DNA of 60,584 nucleotides, counting the filler. It is 5 parts of 5 records of this genome, joined end to end, with 100 filler letters (N's around TTAATTAATTAA, not from the genome) between each part and the next. Parts side by side here need not be neighbours in the genome. Positions count along the whole stretch, not along the records: positions 39,823 to 55,019 come from SRR22947725_2255; 4 more parts are not named here. One strand, written 5' to 3'. The translations under genes and the position numbers were made by a program. Each line of letters begins with the position of its first letter. Positions within the stretch are counted from its first letter, which is position 1. Below the pieces are notes generated by a model. It searched no databases, was not told the origin of the DNA, and worked only from the letters and a program-made list of their open reading frames with translations. Positions 43,652 to 52,476 of this stretch are shown here, piece by piece.

Positions 43652-44587
43652 TTACTGATTTTGAATCCATTTTTCAGCGTCTAAAGCTGCCATACATCCC
43701 ATACCTGCAGCAGTAACGGCCTGTCTATAAACCTTATCAACACAATCTCCTGCAGCAAAAACCCCGTCTATATTTGTTAAACATGTTCCTGGTTTTTGAG
43801 CAATAATGTAACCTTCATCATCCATATCAAGAACATTAGCAAACGCTTCGGTAGATGGGCTATGACCAATGGCTACAAAAACACCATCTACATTTATTAT
43901 TTCAGTTCTTTTTGAAACTGTAGATGATAATTCTATTGCGTTAACGCCATTTTCATTTCCCTTTATTTCACTTACAACATTATTCCAGATTATTTTTATA
44001 TTATCTTTATCAAATAATCTTTTTTGTAAAATTTTCTCAGATCTCAATTCATTTCTTCTATGAATTAAAGTAACTTTAGAACATATATTAGAGAGGTATA
44101 AGGCCTCTTCAACTGCAGTGTTCCCGCCCCCTACTACTGCAACCTCTTTGTTTTTATAAAAGAAACCGTCACAAGTAGCACAAGCAGAGACGCCCTTGCC
44201 ATTGAAATCATTTTCACTTTTAAGACCAAGCCATTTTGCTTGAGCACCAGTTGTAATAATAACTGTTTGAGTTTCTAAAGTTTTACCTGAATCTAAATTG
44301 ATTATTTTAATATTTTTTTTAAAGTCAACACTTGTAACAATATCACTTATTATTCTGGCTCCAACTTTTTCTGCTTGTAATCTCATTTGCTCCATCATCC
44401 ATGGACCTTGAACTACATCAGCATAACCAGGATAATTTTCAACATCAGTAGTAATTGTAAGTTGCCCACCAGGTTGTATACCTTCAATCACTAAAGGTTT
44501 TAAATTTGCTCTAGCTGCATAAATAGCTGCTGTAAGCCCTGCAGCACCAGAACCAATTATAATGACTTTTTCTTTACTATCTCTCAT
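43652..44587 (-). CDS. trxB: Thioredoxin reductase
   Basis: GSGAAG, GGQLT, SACATCDG, YRQAVTAAG motifs. Confidence 0.97.
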   Translation of the reverse strand: MRDSKEKVIIIGSGAAGLTAAIYAARANLKPLVIEGIQPGGQLTITTDVENYPGYADVVQGPWMMEQMRLQAEKVGARIISDIVTSVDFKKNIKIINLDSGKTLETQTVIITTGAQAKWLGLKSENDFNGKGVSACATCDGFFYKNKEVAVVGGGNTAVEEALYLSNICSKVTLIHRRNELRSEKILQKRLFDKDNIKIIWNNVVSEIKGNENGVNAIELSSTVSKRTEIINVDGVFVAIGHSPSTEAFANVLDMDDEGYIIAQKPGTCLTNIDGVFAAGDCVDKVYRQAVTAAGMGCMAALDAEKWIQNQ

Positions 44588-45468
44588 CCTACTTTTCTAT
44601 GCCCTTTAAAAACAATTGTTCTCTTACCATTCAAAAATACCCTTTTTTCAGAGTGAGCTTTTAGAGCCCTGTATAAAACTCTGGATTCTATATCTCTGCC
44701 TATAGAAACCAAATCATTTGGCATCATTTCGTGATCTACTTCTTGTGTGTCCTGCTCAATGATAGGCCCTTCATCTAAGTCCTTTGTAACATAATGAGCA
44801 GTAGCTCCAATAACTTTTACTCCTCTTTCAAAAGCTTGATGATAAGGTTTAGCTCCCTTAAAACTTGGCAAGAAGCTATGATGTATATTAATGATTTTGC
44901 CTTCAAATTCGTTAGTGAAATCTTCAGACAAAACTTGCATGTACCTTGCCAAAACAATTAGCTGAACATTATCTTCCTTAATAACCCTCTTGATTTCTTG
45001 TTCTTGCGATACTTTATTATCCTTAGCAACTGGCAAATAGTAAAAAGGTATATTAGAAAAATTAGCAATTTCTTCAGCTACTCTGTGATTAGAAATGATA
45101 GCTTTGATATTTAAATTTAACGATTTATTTCTAACTCTAAATAAAAGGTCATTTAAACAATGATCAAACTTTGATACGAGTAAAATAGTGTTCATTTCAT
45201 TTTCAATCTCAGATAACAAAAAATCTCCATTTAACTCAGATGATAAGTTTTTGAGGCCAATCTCTAAACTTTCTAATTCTTTATTATCACCAAGAGTAAA
45301 ACTCTGTCTTATAAAAAAATTTCCATTTAATGTGTCCGTAAATTGTTTAGATTCAACAATGTTACATTTAAACTTCGCTAAAAGAGAAGAGATTTTAGCA
45401 ACTATGCCAATCTGATCTTCACAAGAAAATGTTAGTATATGAGTTTCGATTTTTTTTGACATGAACAT
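44584..45468 (-). CDS. purU: Formyltetrahydrofolate deformylase
   Basis: N-terminal ACT domain, LARYMQ, INIHHSFLPSFKGAKPYHQA, LDEGPIIEQ. Confidence 0.96.
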   Translation of the reverse strand: MFMSKKIETHILTFSCEDQIGIVAKISSLLAKFKCNIVESKQFTDTLNGNFFIRQSFTLGDNKELESLEIGLKNLSSELNGDFLLSEIENEMNTILLVSKFDHCLNDLLFRVRNKSLNLNIKAIISNHRVAEEIANFSNIPFYYLPVAKDNKVSQEQEIKRVIKEDNVQLIVLARYMQVLSEDFTNEFEGKIINIHHSFLPSFKGAKPYHQAFERGVKVIGATAHYVTKDLDEGPIIEQDTQEVDHEMMPNDLVSIGRDIESRVLYRALKAHSEKRVFLNGKRTIVFKGHRKVG

Positions 45469-45506
45469 CTAATACATTTTTTTAAATAATCAAACAATAA
45501 CATAAG

Positions 45507-46334
45507 TTAATTTTTAAAAAAATTTAAAGATATTTCATAAAATTTACTTGCCTTTTCAACATGTAAAAAATGTCCAGCATCTTTAATTTTTTGGAAGGAC
45601 ACATTGGAGAAATAATGTTTAAAATTATTAAAATATTCATCCTTAACATAGTCACTATCTTCACCATATATACATAAAATTTTATTTTCTATTAATTTTA
45701 TATGATCAAAATCAGGGAAAGATCTAAGGTCTATCATTGATTTTTTGATTACTTCCAAATTAATCGACCATTTGTATTTATCTTCTTCAAATTCTAAGTT
45801 TTGTAATAGAAAGGTTCGCAAAAACTTTTCATCAATGTAATTGGATAAAACTTCATCAGCATGAGCTCTATTATTTATAGAAGAAAGATCCAAACCCAAT
45901 AATATATCAATAATATTTTGGTTATCCTCACCATAATTTACTGGGGCTATATCTGCTACAACAACCTTGTCAATGTAAGATTCATCTAACAAGGTAATAA
46001 CCATAGCTAGTTTTCCTCCCATTGAATGGCCTAATAAATCAACTTTACTGAGGCCTAAATAGTTTATTATTTCAGTAACATCTTCTGCCATCAATAAATA
46101 GGATTGTTCTTTTTTAAATTCATTTCCTCCATGATTTCGTAAATTGACCGTAATAACAAATTGATCTCTATCAGAACTATATTTCTTGGCAAACGTTTGC
46201 CAATTTTTACCTCGTCCGTAAAGACCATGTAAAATAAATAAAACTTTATTTTGTTTGGTTTTCAACAAATCTTTACTTATGTCAGATGATAATAATTTTC
46301 CATTTTTGAAAACATTAAAACTGATCATGGCCAT
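45507..46334 (-). CDS. Alpha/beta hydrolase (YbfF/ABHD11-like esterase)
   Basis: LHGLYG...NW, LRNHG, GHSMGGK, DIAP, AGHFLH motifs. Confidence 0.88.
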   Translation of the reverse strand: MAMISFNVFKNGKLLSSDISKDLLKTKQNKVLFILHGLYGRGKNWQTFAKKYSSDRDQFVITVNLRNHGGNEFKKEQSYLLMAEDVTEIINYLGLSKVDLLGHSMGGKLAMVITLLDESYIDKVVVADIAPVNYGEDNQNIIDILLGLDLSSINNRAHADEVLSNYIDEKFLRTFLLQNLEFEEDKYKWSINLEVIKKSMIDLRSFPDFDHIKLIENKILCIYGEDSDYVKDEYFNNFKHYFSNVSFQKIKDAGHFLHVEKASKFYEISLNFFKN

Positions 46335-46427
46335 CTTTCCGTTTGTTAAGTTTTTTAAATTTTTTAAAATTATAATAAATAAGACGTAAAGTATATTAGA
46401 TACAAAATTTGATTAAGGTTATTATAA

Positions 46428-46688
46428 ATGGGTCAAGTCATTAATGTGAATTTCAAATCACCCATAGATGAAGAATATTCTAATTATAAAGACAAATTAA
46501 TTAGAATAAGAGATGACATTGAAGATTATCTGGAAAATGAAACAGTAAAAGAAAATGATGAACTAGCCATTGCTCTTGCTGCAGGAAGATACGCCACTAT
46601 GAAACTAGTACAATTAACAGGACAAAACGAAACTATTGATTTTGTTAATGATTGTATAAAGACTTCTTTAAAAAATAAATTAATTTAG
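46428..46688 (+). CDS. Hypothetical protein, 86 aa, predicted helical
   Basis: Clean ORF filling the gap between divergent and convergent genes; no recognised family. Confidence 0.7.
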   Translation: MGQVINVNFKSPIDEEYSNYKDKLIRIRDDIEDYLENETVKENDELAIALAAGRYATMKLVQLTGQNETIDFVNDCIKTSLKNKLI

Positions 46689-46689
46689 T

Positions 46690-47007
46690 CTATTTAGAAA
46701 TTCTGGTTATACTTCCAGAAACCTCTGCTCCTAAGTCAATAGAAAGAGCATTAGTTTTAAGGTTTCCTTCCACTTTTGCACTACTGGCAACATTTAATGT
46801 GTTAGCTGAAACCTCACCTTTAACCAACCCACCAAGCGTAACTTTGTCTGCCACTAAATTTCCATCAAAAATACTATTAGCCTCCAAAAGAACATCTTTA
46901 GCTCTTAATTCTCCTTTAAATCTACCTGCAACTACAACGCTAGATCCAGCTGAGTCTAAATTACCTTCCATTACTAATTCTTCAGAAATATATGTTATTT
47001 CGGTCAT
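46690..47007 (-). CDS. Bactofilin (polymer-forming cytoskeletal protein), copy 3
   Basis: TYISEELVMEGNL...V.GRFKGEL...V.LGGLVKGEV...IDLGA beta-helix repeats. Confidence 0.9.
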   Translation of the reverse strand: MTEITYISEELVMEGNLDSAGSSVVVAGRFKGELRAKDVLLEANSIFDGNLVADKVTLGGLVKGEVSANTLNVASSAKVEGNLKTNALSIDLGAEVSGSITRISK

Positions 47008-47035
47008 AATTTATACCTTTTTAAAAAATGTTGAA

Positions 47036-47428
47036 TTACTTTTTATCTGTTTGTTCATCTGAAACTTCACTAGTTTCTTTTTCCGTTTCATCTACTTTTG
47101 TACTAGCATTTTCATTCCAATTATGAACAACTCTACAATTTAAAGCAGCCCCTCTATCCATTTGTAAGGACTTATAATGGACTTCTCCACTTATACGAGA
47201 TGTTTCAGTAAGCCAAACGCTCTCAGCCTGCATCTTGCCCTCATATTCACCAGCAATTACAACTAAATCAGAATCAACTGCTCCAATAAATTTTCCTGTA
47301 GAACCAATAGTTACTTTTTCAGTAACTAAATCAGCTTCGACAAACCCATTAATTTCAATTGATTTAGCATTAGAAATTTTTCCACTAAACCGGGCTCCAG
47401 ATCCTAAAACTGCCTGTTTATTAGCCAT
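47036..47428 (-). CDS. Bactofilin, copy 2 (acidic C-terminal tail)
   Basis: VLGSGARFSGKI...IEING...V.IG..G...VIAGEYEG...GEVHYKSLQMDRGA. Confidence 0.9.
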   Translation of the reverse strand: MANKQAVLGSGARFSGKISNAKSIEINGFVEADLVTEKVTIGSTGKFIGAVDSDLVVIAGEYEGKMQAESVWLTETSRISGEVHYKSLQMDRGAALNCRVVHNWNENASTKVDETEKETSEVSDEQTDKK

Positions 47429-47440
47429 TTATAATCTCCT

Positions 47441-47785
47441 CTATTTTTTATTTTGTCTTTTGCCAATTTGTGCTTCTATAACTGCACCTTCTTCAATTGA
47501 AATGTTCTCATAAAAAACTTCACCAGAAATTTTCCCAGTAGACTTGACTGAGACAAAATCACCAGAAACTTGACCATCACATTTACCAGATACAGTTATA
47601 ACTTCAGCTTCGATGCTTCCTTTTAATGAACCAGAGCCCTCTACTGATAAACTGTTACATTTAATATCTCCTACAACAGAACCCAATAAAACCAAGCTAC
47701 CTTCAGCAGAAATTTTACCTTTAATTTTCATATCACTTGAAATAATAGATTTTTCAGTATCAGTTTCGTTTGTTCTTCCTAACAT
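47441..47785 (-). CDS. Bactofilin, copy 1
   Basis: SIISSDMKIKGKI...G...GDIKC..L.V..SG...GSI.A..ITVSG...GEVFYENISIEEGA. Confidence 0.92.
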   Translation of the reverse strand: MLGRTNETDTEKSIISSDMKIKGKISAEGSLVLLGSVVGDIKCNSLSVEGSGSLKGSIEAEVITVSGKCDGQVSGDFVSVKSTGKISGEVFYENISIEEGAVIEAQIGKRQNKK

Positions 47786-47895
47786 TATGGAAATCCCTTT
47801 ATCCTACTAGTTACATTCAATTAGAATTTGTTTTATAATAAACATTAGTCATTATAATTAAACTAATTAAAAAAAATATTCAAAATACATTTATT

Positions 47896-47911
47896 TGGTA
47901 TAAATGATGCA
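47896..47911 (+). promoter_or_regulatory. Sigma54 -24/-12 promoter facing the 124-aa ORF and M23 peptidase
   Basis: TGGTATAAATGATGCA: GG(47897-98)-N10-GC(47909-10). Confidence 0.65.
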
Positions 47912-47923
47912 ATTAACTTGCCA
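47908..47923 (-). promoter_or_regulatory. Sigma54 -24/-12 promoter facing the bactofilin triplet
   Basis: Minus strand TGGCAAGTTAATTGCA: GG-N10-GC, close to the TGGCAC-N5-TTGC consensus. Confidence 0.75.
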
Positions 47924-47960
47924 TAATAGTCACTGATAAAAAAAATTAGAGAATTTCAAA

Positions 47961-48335
47961 ATGGCTGAAGAAATAATTGATTTGAGAGACCGCATAGAGA
48001 AGATGCGAGTCCAGATAGAAAATGAAGGCACAGAACAAATTAGAGAAAATTTTTCTAATGAAGTTTACCAAAAAACTAAAACTTCAAACATAACTTTATC
48101 AATGCAGCCTAAGAAAGTCGATGCGAATCAAAATCATGAAAAGGTGATGAACAGCAAAGAGCTAAAGATAAAAGACAATACCACAAATGAAAATCAGAAA
48201 AAAAATGAGACTTTTCCTGCTGTTAGTTTGTCGGTTAAAAACCCTATTTCTAACAAAATTTTAGTTTCTATGTTTATAGTTCAAATTTTGTCCAATTTTG
48301 GCATTCTTTTCTTTCTTTATTTAGGACTGGAGTAA
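47961..48335 (+). CDS. Hypothetical protein with N-terminal coiled coil and C-terminal TM anchor
   Basis: Charged N-terminal helix, polar linker, hydrophobic tail ILVSMFIVQILSNFGILFFLYLG; ends 3 nt before the M23 gene. Confidence 0.7.
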   Translation: MAEEIIDLRDRIEKMRVQIENEGTEQIRENFSNEVYQKTKTSNITLSMQPKKVDANQNHEKVMNSKELKIKDNTTNENQKKNETFPAVSLSVKNPISNKILVSMFIVQILSNFGILFFLYLGLE

Positions 48336-48338
48336 CTA

Positions 48339-49679
48339 GTGGTTAATTCCACATTTAATAAATTTGGAAAAAACCTTCCACCTGTAAAAACTGGACAGCG
48401 GTTTGGAGATCAAATCCAAAAAAACAAAAAATTAGGCTTATTTTCTGAAAGACGTTTTCTGATTTTTACTAGAAAAGGTCCAATCGAAATTGCTTTTAAA
48501 CCAATACATTATACTGGTGCTATAATTTCTACTTTTGTTGGTTTAACAAGTATTATTTATTGGTCAGCACAAGGGTTATTTTCTGCAATAGATGTTGCAA
48601 AAAAAAATGATATAATTACCGAAGCTTCAGCAAATATTCCAAGCCCTATTGAAAATGACTCCGACACTGTAGTGAATATAGATGTTCAAGATCAATCTAA
48701 TATTACACTTCCAACCTCAAGAAAAATATTAGATGATGATTATAATAATCAAAATGAAATTTATGAAATAATAAAAAACAGCCAAATACCAAATAGTAAT
48801 TTAAAATTTAATGGTAAAACTAATTCTAATTTTACAGCAGCTAAAATAAATACTTTTAAATATAGTCTTTTTAAAAGTACTAGAAGAAATCAAGACATTC
48901 CTGTTTTGTCTTCACAAGAAATTTATAATGAAAATAATATTATCACATCAAAACTTTTAAACAACGAAACAGATACAGAATTTAAAGTACCACAACCTCC
49001 TAAATTAAACGCCAAAGCAAAAAGTCTACGTTTTTTAGCCTCTGTTAATAATGAATTATTACAAATGGAAAATGTATTTAGGAAGATTAAAGTAAGAGTA
49101 AACAATACAGACTTAGTTAGCGTTGATTCAATAATAAACAATGGTCAAGATATTGATCCGGAAAGTGATGACTTTTTTAGAAATTTAAGCAATCGTCTTA
49201 ATTTATTAGCAATTTACAAAGAAGCTCTTCAAAACATACCACTTAAACCTCCTATGGAACATTATTACGTTTCAAGCTCTTATGGACCAAGAAAACACCC
49301 AGTGACTGGCAAATATAGAATGCACCATGGTATTGATTTAGCAGGAACATGGCAGGAAAATGTCACAGTTTCAGCAGATGGCAATGTTGTTTTTGCTGGC
49401 TATCATGGGTCATTTGGAAAAGTCATTAGAATTAAACACAATTATGGCATAATGACTACATATGGCCATTTAGCAAAAATTAATGTTAAAAGGGGTGACA
49501 TTGTAAGTGAAGGACAAGTTATTGGAAAAATGGGCAGGACAGGAAGGGTCAAAGGTGCTCACCTTCATTATGAAATATCTGTCAATGGAAAGTCTCAAAA
49601 CCCAGCTAAATATATAAAGATAGGTAGAAATCTTCTCAGTAGATCAAGCTTAAAAGGATTCGTTAATAAATCAGATTAA
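48339..49679 (+). CDS. Membrane-anchored M23 (LytM) peptidoglycan endopeptidase, LmdC-like
   Basis: Single N-proximal TM, long linker and coiled coil, HHGIDLAG (HxxxD), YGHL, GAHLHYEI (HxH). Confidence 0.92.
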   Translation: MVNSTFNKFGKNLPPVKTGQRFGDQIQKNKKLGLFSERRFLIFTRKGPIEIAFKPIHYTGAIISTFVGLTSIIYWSAQGLFSAIDVAKKNDIITEASANIPSPIENDSDTVVNIDVQDQSNITLPTSRKILDDDYNNQNEIYEIIKNSQIPNSNLKFNGKTNSNFTAAKINTFKYSLFKSTRRNQDIPVLSSQEIYNENNIITSKLLNNETDTEFKVPQPPKLNAKAKSLRFLASVNNELLQMENVFRKIKVRVNNTDLVSVDSIINNGQDIDPESDDFFRNLSNRLNLLAIYKEALQNIPLKPPMEHYYVSSSYGPRKHPVTGKYRMHHGIDLAGTWQENVTVSADGNVVFAGYHGSFGKVIRIKHNYGIMTTYGHLAKINVKRGDIVSEGQVIGKMGRTGRVKGAHLHYEISVNGKSQNPAKYIKIGRNLLSRSSLKGFVNKSD

Positions 49680-49689
49680 AAATAGAGTT

Positions 49690-49705
49690 TGGCATAACTA
49701 ATGCA
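49690..49705 (+). promoter_or_regulatory. Sigma54 -24/-12 promoter facing the 63-aa ORF
   Basis: TGGCATAACTAATGCA: GG(49691-92)-N10-GC(49703-04). Confidence 0.7.
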
Positions 49706-49735
49706 TTTAATTTCTAGCTATGGAGATTAAAAAAA

Positions 49736-49927
49736 ATGTTAAAAAAATTAAATCTACAAAATAACAATCAAGAAAAATTTCTATTTAACAATATAAATGA
49801 TTATGTAATAAAAATAGATTATTATGATGATAAAGGTACTAAAAAGAAAAAATATAATGTTCCATTAAAATATATTTTGAATAATAGTTATCATATGTCA
49901 AATAAGCCTGACTTCTGTGTTAATTAA
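49736..49927 (+). CDS. Small hypothetical protein, 63 aa
   Basis: GGAG Shine-Dalgarno and a sigma54 motif upstream; abuts the rpoN stop. Confidence 0.55.
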   Translation: MLKKLNLQNNNQEKFLFNNINDYVIKIDYYDDKGTKKKKYNVPLKYILNNSYHMSNKPDFCVN

Positions 49928-49929
49928 AA

Positions 49930-51432
49930 TTAATTAGATACCATCTTCTGTAATCTTGATGCTCTTCTTCTTTGAGCACTTGATGGAATTTTAAGCATAT
50001 CTCTATACTTAGCTACTGTTCTTCTGGCCACATTCATTCCATCTTTATTCAAAATTCTAGCTAATTTATCGTCACTAAGAGGTTTGTTAGATATCTCTGA
50101 AGATATCAAGCTTTTTATAGTTTCTCTTACAGCTGAAGCCGCATGCATTTCTGAATTTTCTGAACTAGAAATAGACGCTGAAAAAAATTGTTTTAGCGGG
50201 AAAACTCCCCACTCTGTTAACATAAGTTTACTATTAGTCACCCTTGACACTGTGCTTTCATGCATTCCAATTGCGTCTGAAATATCCTTCAATATCATTG
50301 GTTTCATATGATTAAGCCCGTGCCTAAAAAAACCAATTTGTTTTCTAACTATTTCAGATGTTACTTTTAATATAGTTTTATTTCTCTGTTCTACTGCTTT
50401 TTTAAGCCAACGTGCTTCACCTATTTTTTCAAAAGTAAAATTATTGGCTTTCTCATCTAATTTATATTTTTCAATTTCATTTATATATTCTTCATCAATT
50501 GAAACGGTTGGTAAAGTTGATCCGTTCAAATCAATTCTCCAACCTTTTTCTGATCTATTGACAATTATATCTGGTTGATCAACCAAAATTTTTTCTTGTG
50601 AAAAATTTTCGGCAGGTTTTGGATTCAAAGTTTTAATAACTTTTATCATTTCAAATAAAGAATTCACTGAAACTTTGCATAGCTTACTAATTTGCTTAAA
50701 TTTTCCCGAAGGTAAATGCGGTAGGTTATCTAATAGAATATTATAATGTTCATTAAAAAGGTTTTTATCAATTAATTGTAGTTTTAAACATTCAGATAAA
50801 TTTTCAGAAAATATACCAACAGGTTCTAATCTTTTTAATCTATCTAATATTTGCGAAATTTTTTGTTCATTGATATTTAAATCCTTTTCAATCTCACTTT
50901 TAGAATGCGTAAACCAACCGCTTGGGTGCAAATAATCAATCATGGCTATTGCAATAGACTTATTATCCTTATCACTAAATTCTATGTTAATTTGATTTAC
51001 AAGACTTTCTTTAAGAGAAATTTTATTTTCTAGCGTTTTCTCAATTACTTCACCAGCAGATACATTATTACCAGTTCTTAGTATTTCCTTGTCATATAGT
51101 TTTTTATTTTCTTGGTTATTATTTGATGACAAGTGTGAATCAAAAGTGTTTTGCATATCTAATTCACTATTCTTTTTTAAAGGATCTGAGGTATTATTCA
51201 TATTTTGATATACGTCAGGACTTTCAGTTCCTTTGTTTGTATTATTTATTTCCAAGTACTCCTTTTGATCTTGAATAAAAGGGTTTTCTAATTGCGCTTT
51301 TTCAACAAACTCAGCTAATTCTAAATTAGTCAACTGCAATAATTTTATTGCCTGTTGCAATTGAGGTGTCATAATTAAAGACTGGTTTTGTTTGATTTTA
51401 AGCTGTTGACCCAATTTCATTTTAATCTCCAT
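49930..51432 (-). CDS. rpoN: RNA polymerase sigma-54 factor
   Basis: MTPQLQQAIKLLQL, HESTVSR, PLSD, RpoN box ARRTVAKYR. Confidence 0.97.
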   Translation of the reverse strand: MEIKMKLGQQLKIKQNQSLIMTPQLQQAIKLLQLTNLELAEFVEKAQLENPFIQDQKEYLEINNTNKGTESPDVYQNMNNTSDPLKKNSELDMQNTFDSHLSSNNNQENKKLYDKEILRTGNNVSAGEVIEKTLENKISLKESLVNQINIEFSDKDNKSIAIAMIDYLHPSGWFTHSKSEIEKDLNINEQKISQILDRLKRLEPVGIFSENLSECLKLQLIDKNLFNEHYNILLDNLPHLPSGKFKQISKLCKVSVNSLFEMIKVIKTLNPKPAENFSQEKILVDQPDIIVNRSEKGWRIDLNGSTLPTVSIDEEYINEIEKYKLDEKANNFTFEKIGEARWLKKAVEQRNKTILKVTSEIVRKQIGFFRHGLNHMKPMILKDISDAIGMHESTVSRVTNSKLMLTEWGVFPLKQFFSASISSSENSEMHAASAVRETIKSLISSEISNKPLSDDKLARILNKDGMNVARRTVAKYRDMLKIPSSAQRRRASRLQKMVSN

Positions 51433-51696
51433 AAAGTAAATTTGTTACTTAACGATCAAAGGAAAACAGTAAAATTAAAACAAATCAAAATCTTAATTTG
51501 ACGAATAAATAAAACAAAAAAATGACTGATATAATATTCAAATTGAAAAAATAAAACTAATAAAAACAGTTGCTTATATAATTTATAGAAAAAAGATACT
51601 TTTTAGTTTATAAATTTCATATGTATATATAAAAAGAAGTGTCAATTATTTGGCAAAATAACAACTGATTTATTTTACTGAGATAAAATTAAAACT

Positions 51697-51930
51697 TTGA
51701 TTATACCTAATGAACCAAATACGAAACCAAAATGCAAAAATTGCCAGATAATTCGTATTTTCTTACTAAGTGTCGCTTTTATTATACTATTAAGCCTAAT
51801 ACAAAGTGACAAATTACATTATCTTAAAATAATTACTCCATATAATGCTGCTTTTTTAATAATATTCTTAGGTTTAATTATGTTTTGTATAAAATTAATA
51901 AAATATTTGGCAGAAAAGAAAAAAAATTAG
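51697..51930 (+). CDS. Small two-TM hypothetical protein with CxxC
   Basis: CKNC followed by two hydrophobic segments; TTG start, so the start is uncertain. Confidence 0.6.
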   Translation: MIIPNEPNTKPKCKNCQIIRIFLLSVAFIILLSLIQSDKLHYLKIITPYNAAFLIIFLGLIMFCIKLIKYLAEKKKN

Positions 51931-51932
51931 AA

Positions 51933-52427
51933 CTATCTATCTCGAACCAACCTTACATAATTAGGGATAAATTCAGGAAACCTTCCAAAAGTATGTCCTG
52001 TGAAAAAGTTAACTGTCCACATAAATTTAGGCTGCCAGGCATTTATTTCATTTGTCCAAAATGACTCAGCAGGAGTGTTAGGAAAAAGTTTTGTATCAAT
52101 TTTAACAGCGCCACATGATTTACAGACAATTCGTTCTAACTCTTTCCTATTAGGCAAACGCCACTTTCCTCCTAGTTGTTCACTAGCTTGTTCAATGGCA
52201 AATTTTATTTGTTTATATTTTAATTTTAAAGGTGTACCTACACAAGTTTTATCTTGCCATACCATTCCAACTGGGCATGTTAACCATTCAATTTTTTGTC
52301 CAAGGTCGATAACATAATGTCCCCTAGTGATAAAATTACTAGCCCAAACATTGTTGAAATTCGAATAAATTAATAATAGTATAATTATAGCTTTAACACT
52401 AATTAGTGGTATTTTGAAAAATAACAT
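51933..52427 (-). CDS. DUF1566 (Lcl C-terminal-like) exported protein
   Basis: Signal peptide, V.D....L.W..C..G..W, WRLPNRKEL, FPNTP...FWT, W.VNF..G, VRLVR. Confidence 0.88.
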   Translation of the reverse strand: MLFFKIPLISVKAIIILLLIYSNFNNVWASNFITRGHYVIDLGQKIEWLTCPVGMVWQDKTCVGTPLKLKYKQIKFAIEQASEQLGGKWRLPNRKELERIVCKSCGAVKIDTKLFPNTPAESFWTNEINAWQPKFMWTVNFFTGHTFGRFPEFIPNYVRLVRDR

Positions 52428-52460
52428 AAAACCTCTGTGTTTTTTTATAAATTCTTATTT

Positions 52461-52476
52461 TGGTCTTATTCTTGCA
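52461..52476 (+). promoter_or_regulatory. Sigma54 -24/-12 promoter facing motA-motB
   Basis: TGGTCTTATTCTTGCA: GG(52462-63)-N10-GC(52474-75). Confidence 0.7.

Noticed and set aside
51640-51655. Imperfect palindrome TGTCAATTATTTGGCA resembling a FleQ-type activator box, with TGGCA as a possible -24 box
   Set aside because: There is no GC at the -12 position, and a single imperfect match in very AT-rich DNA is not enough support.
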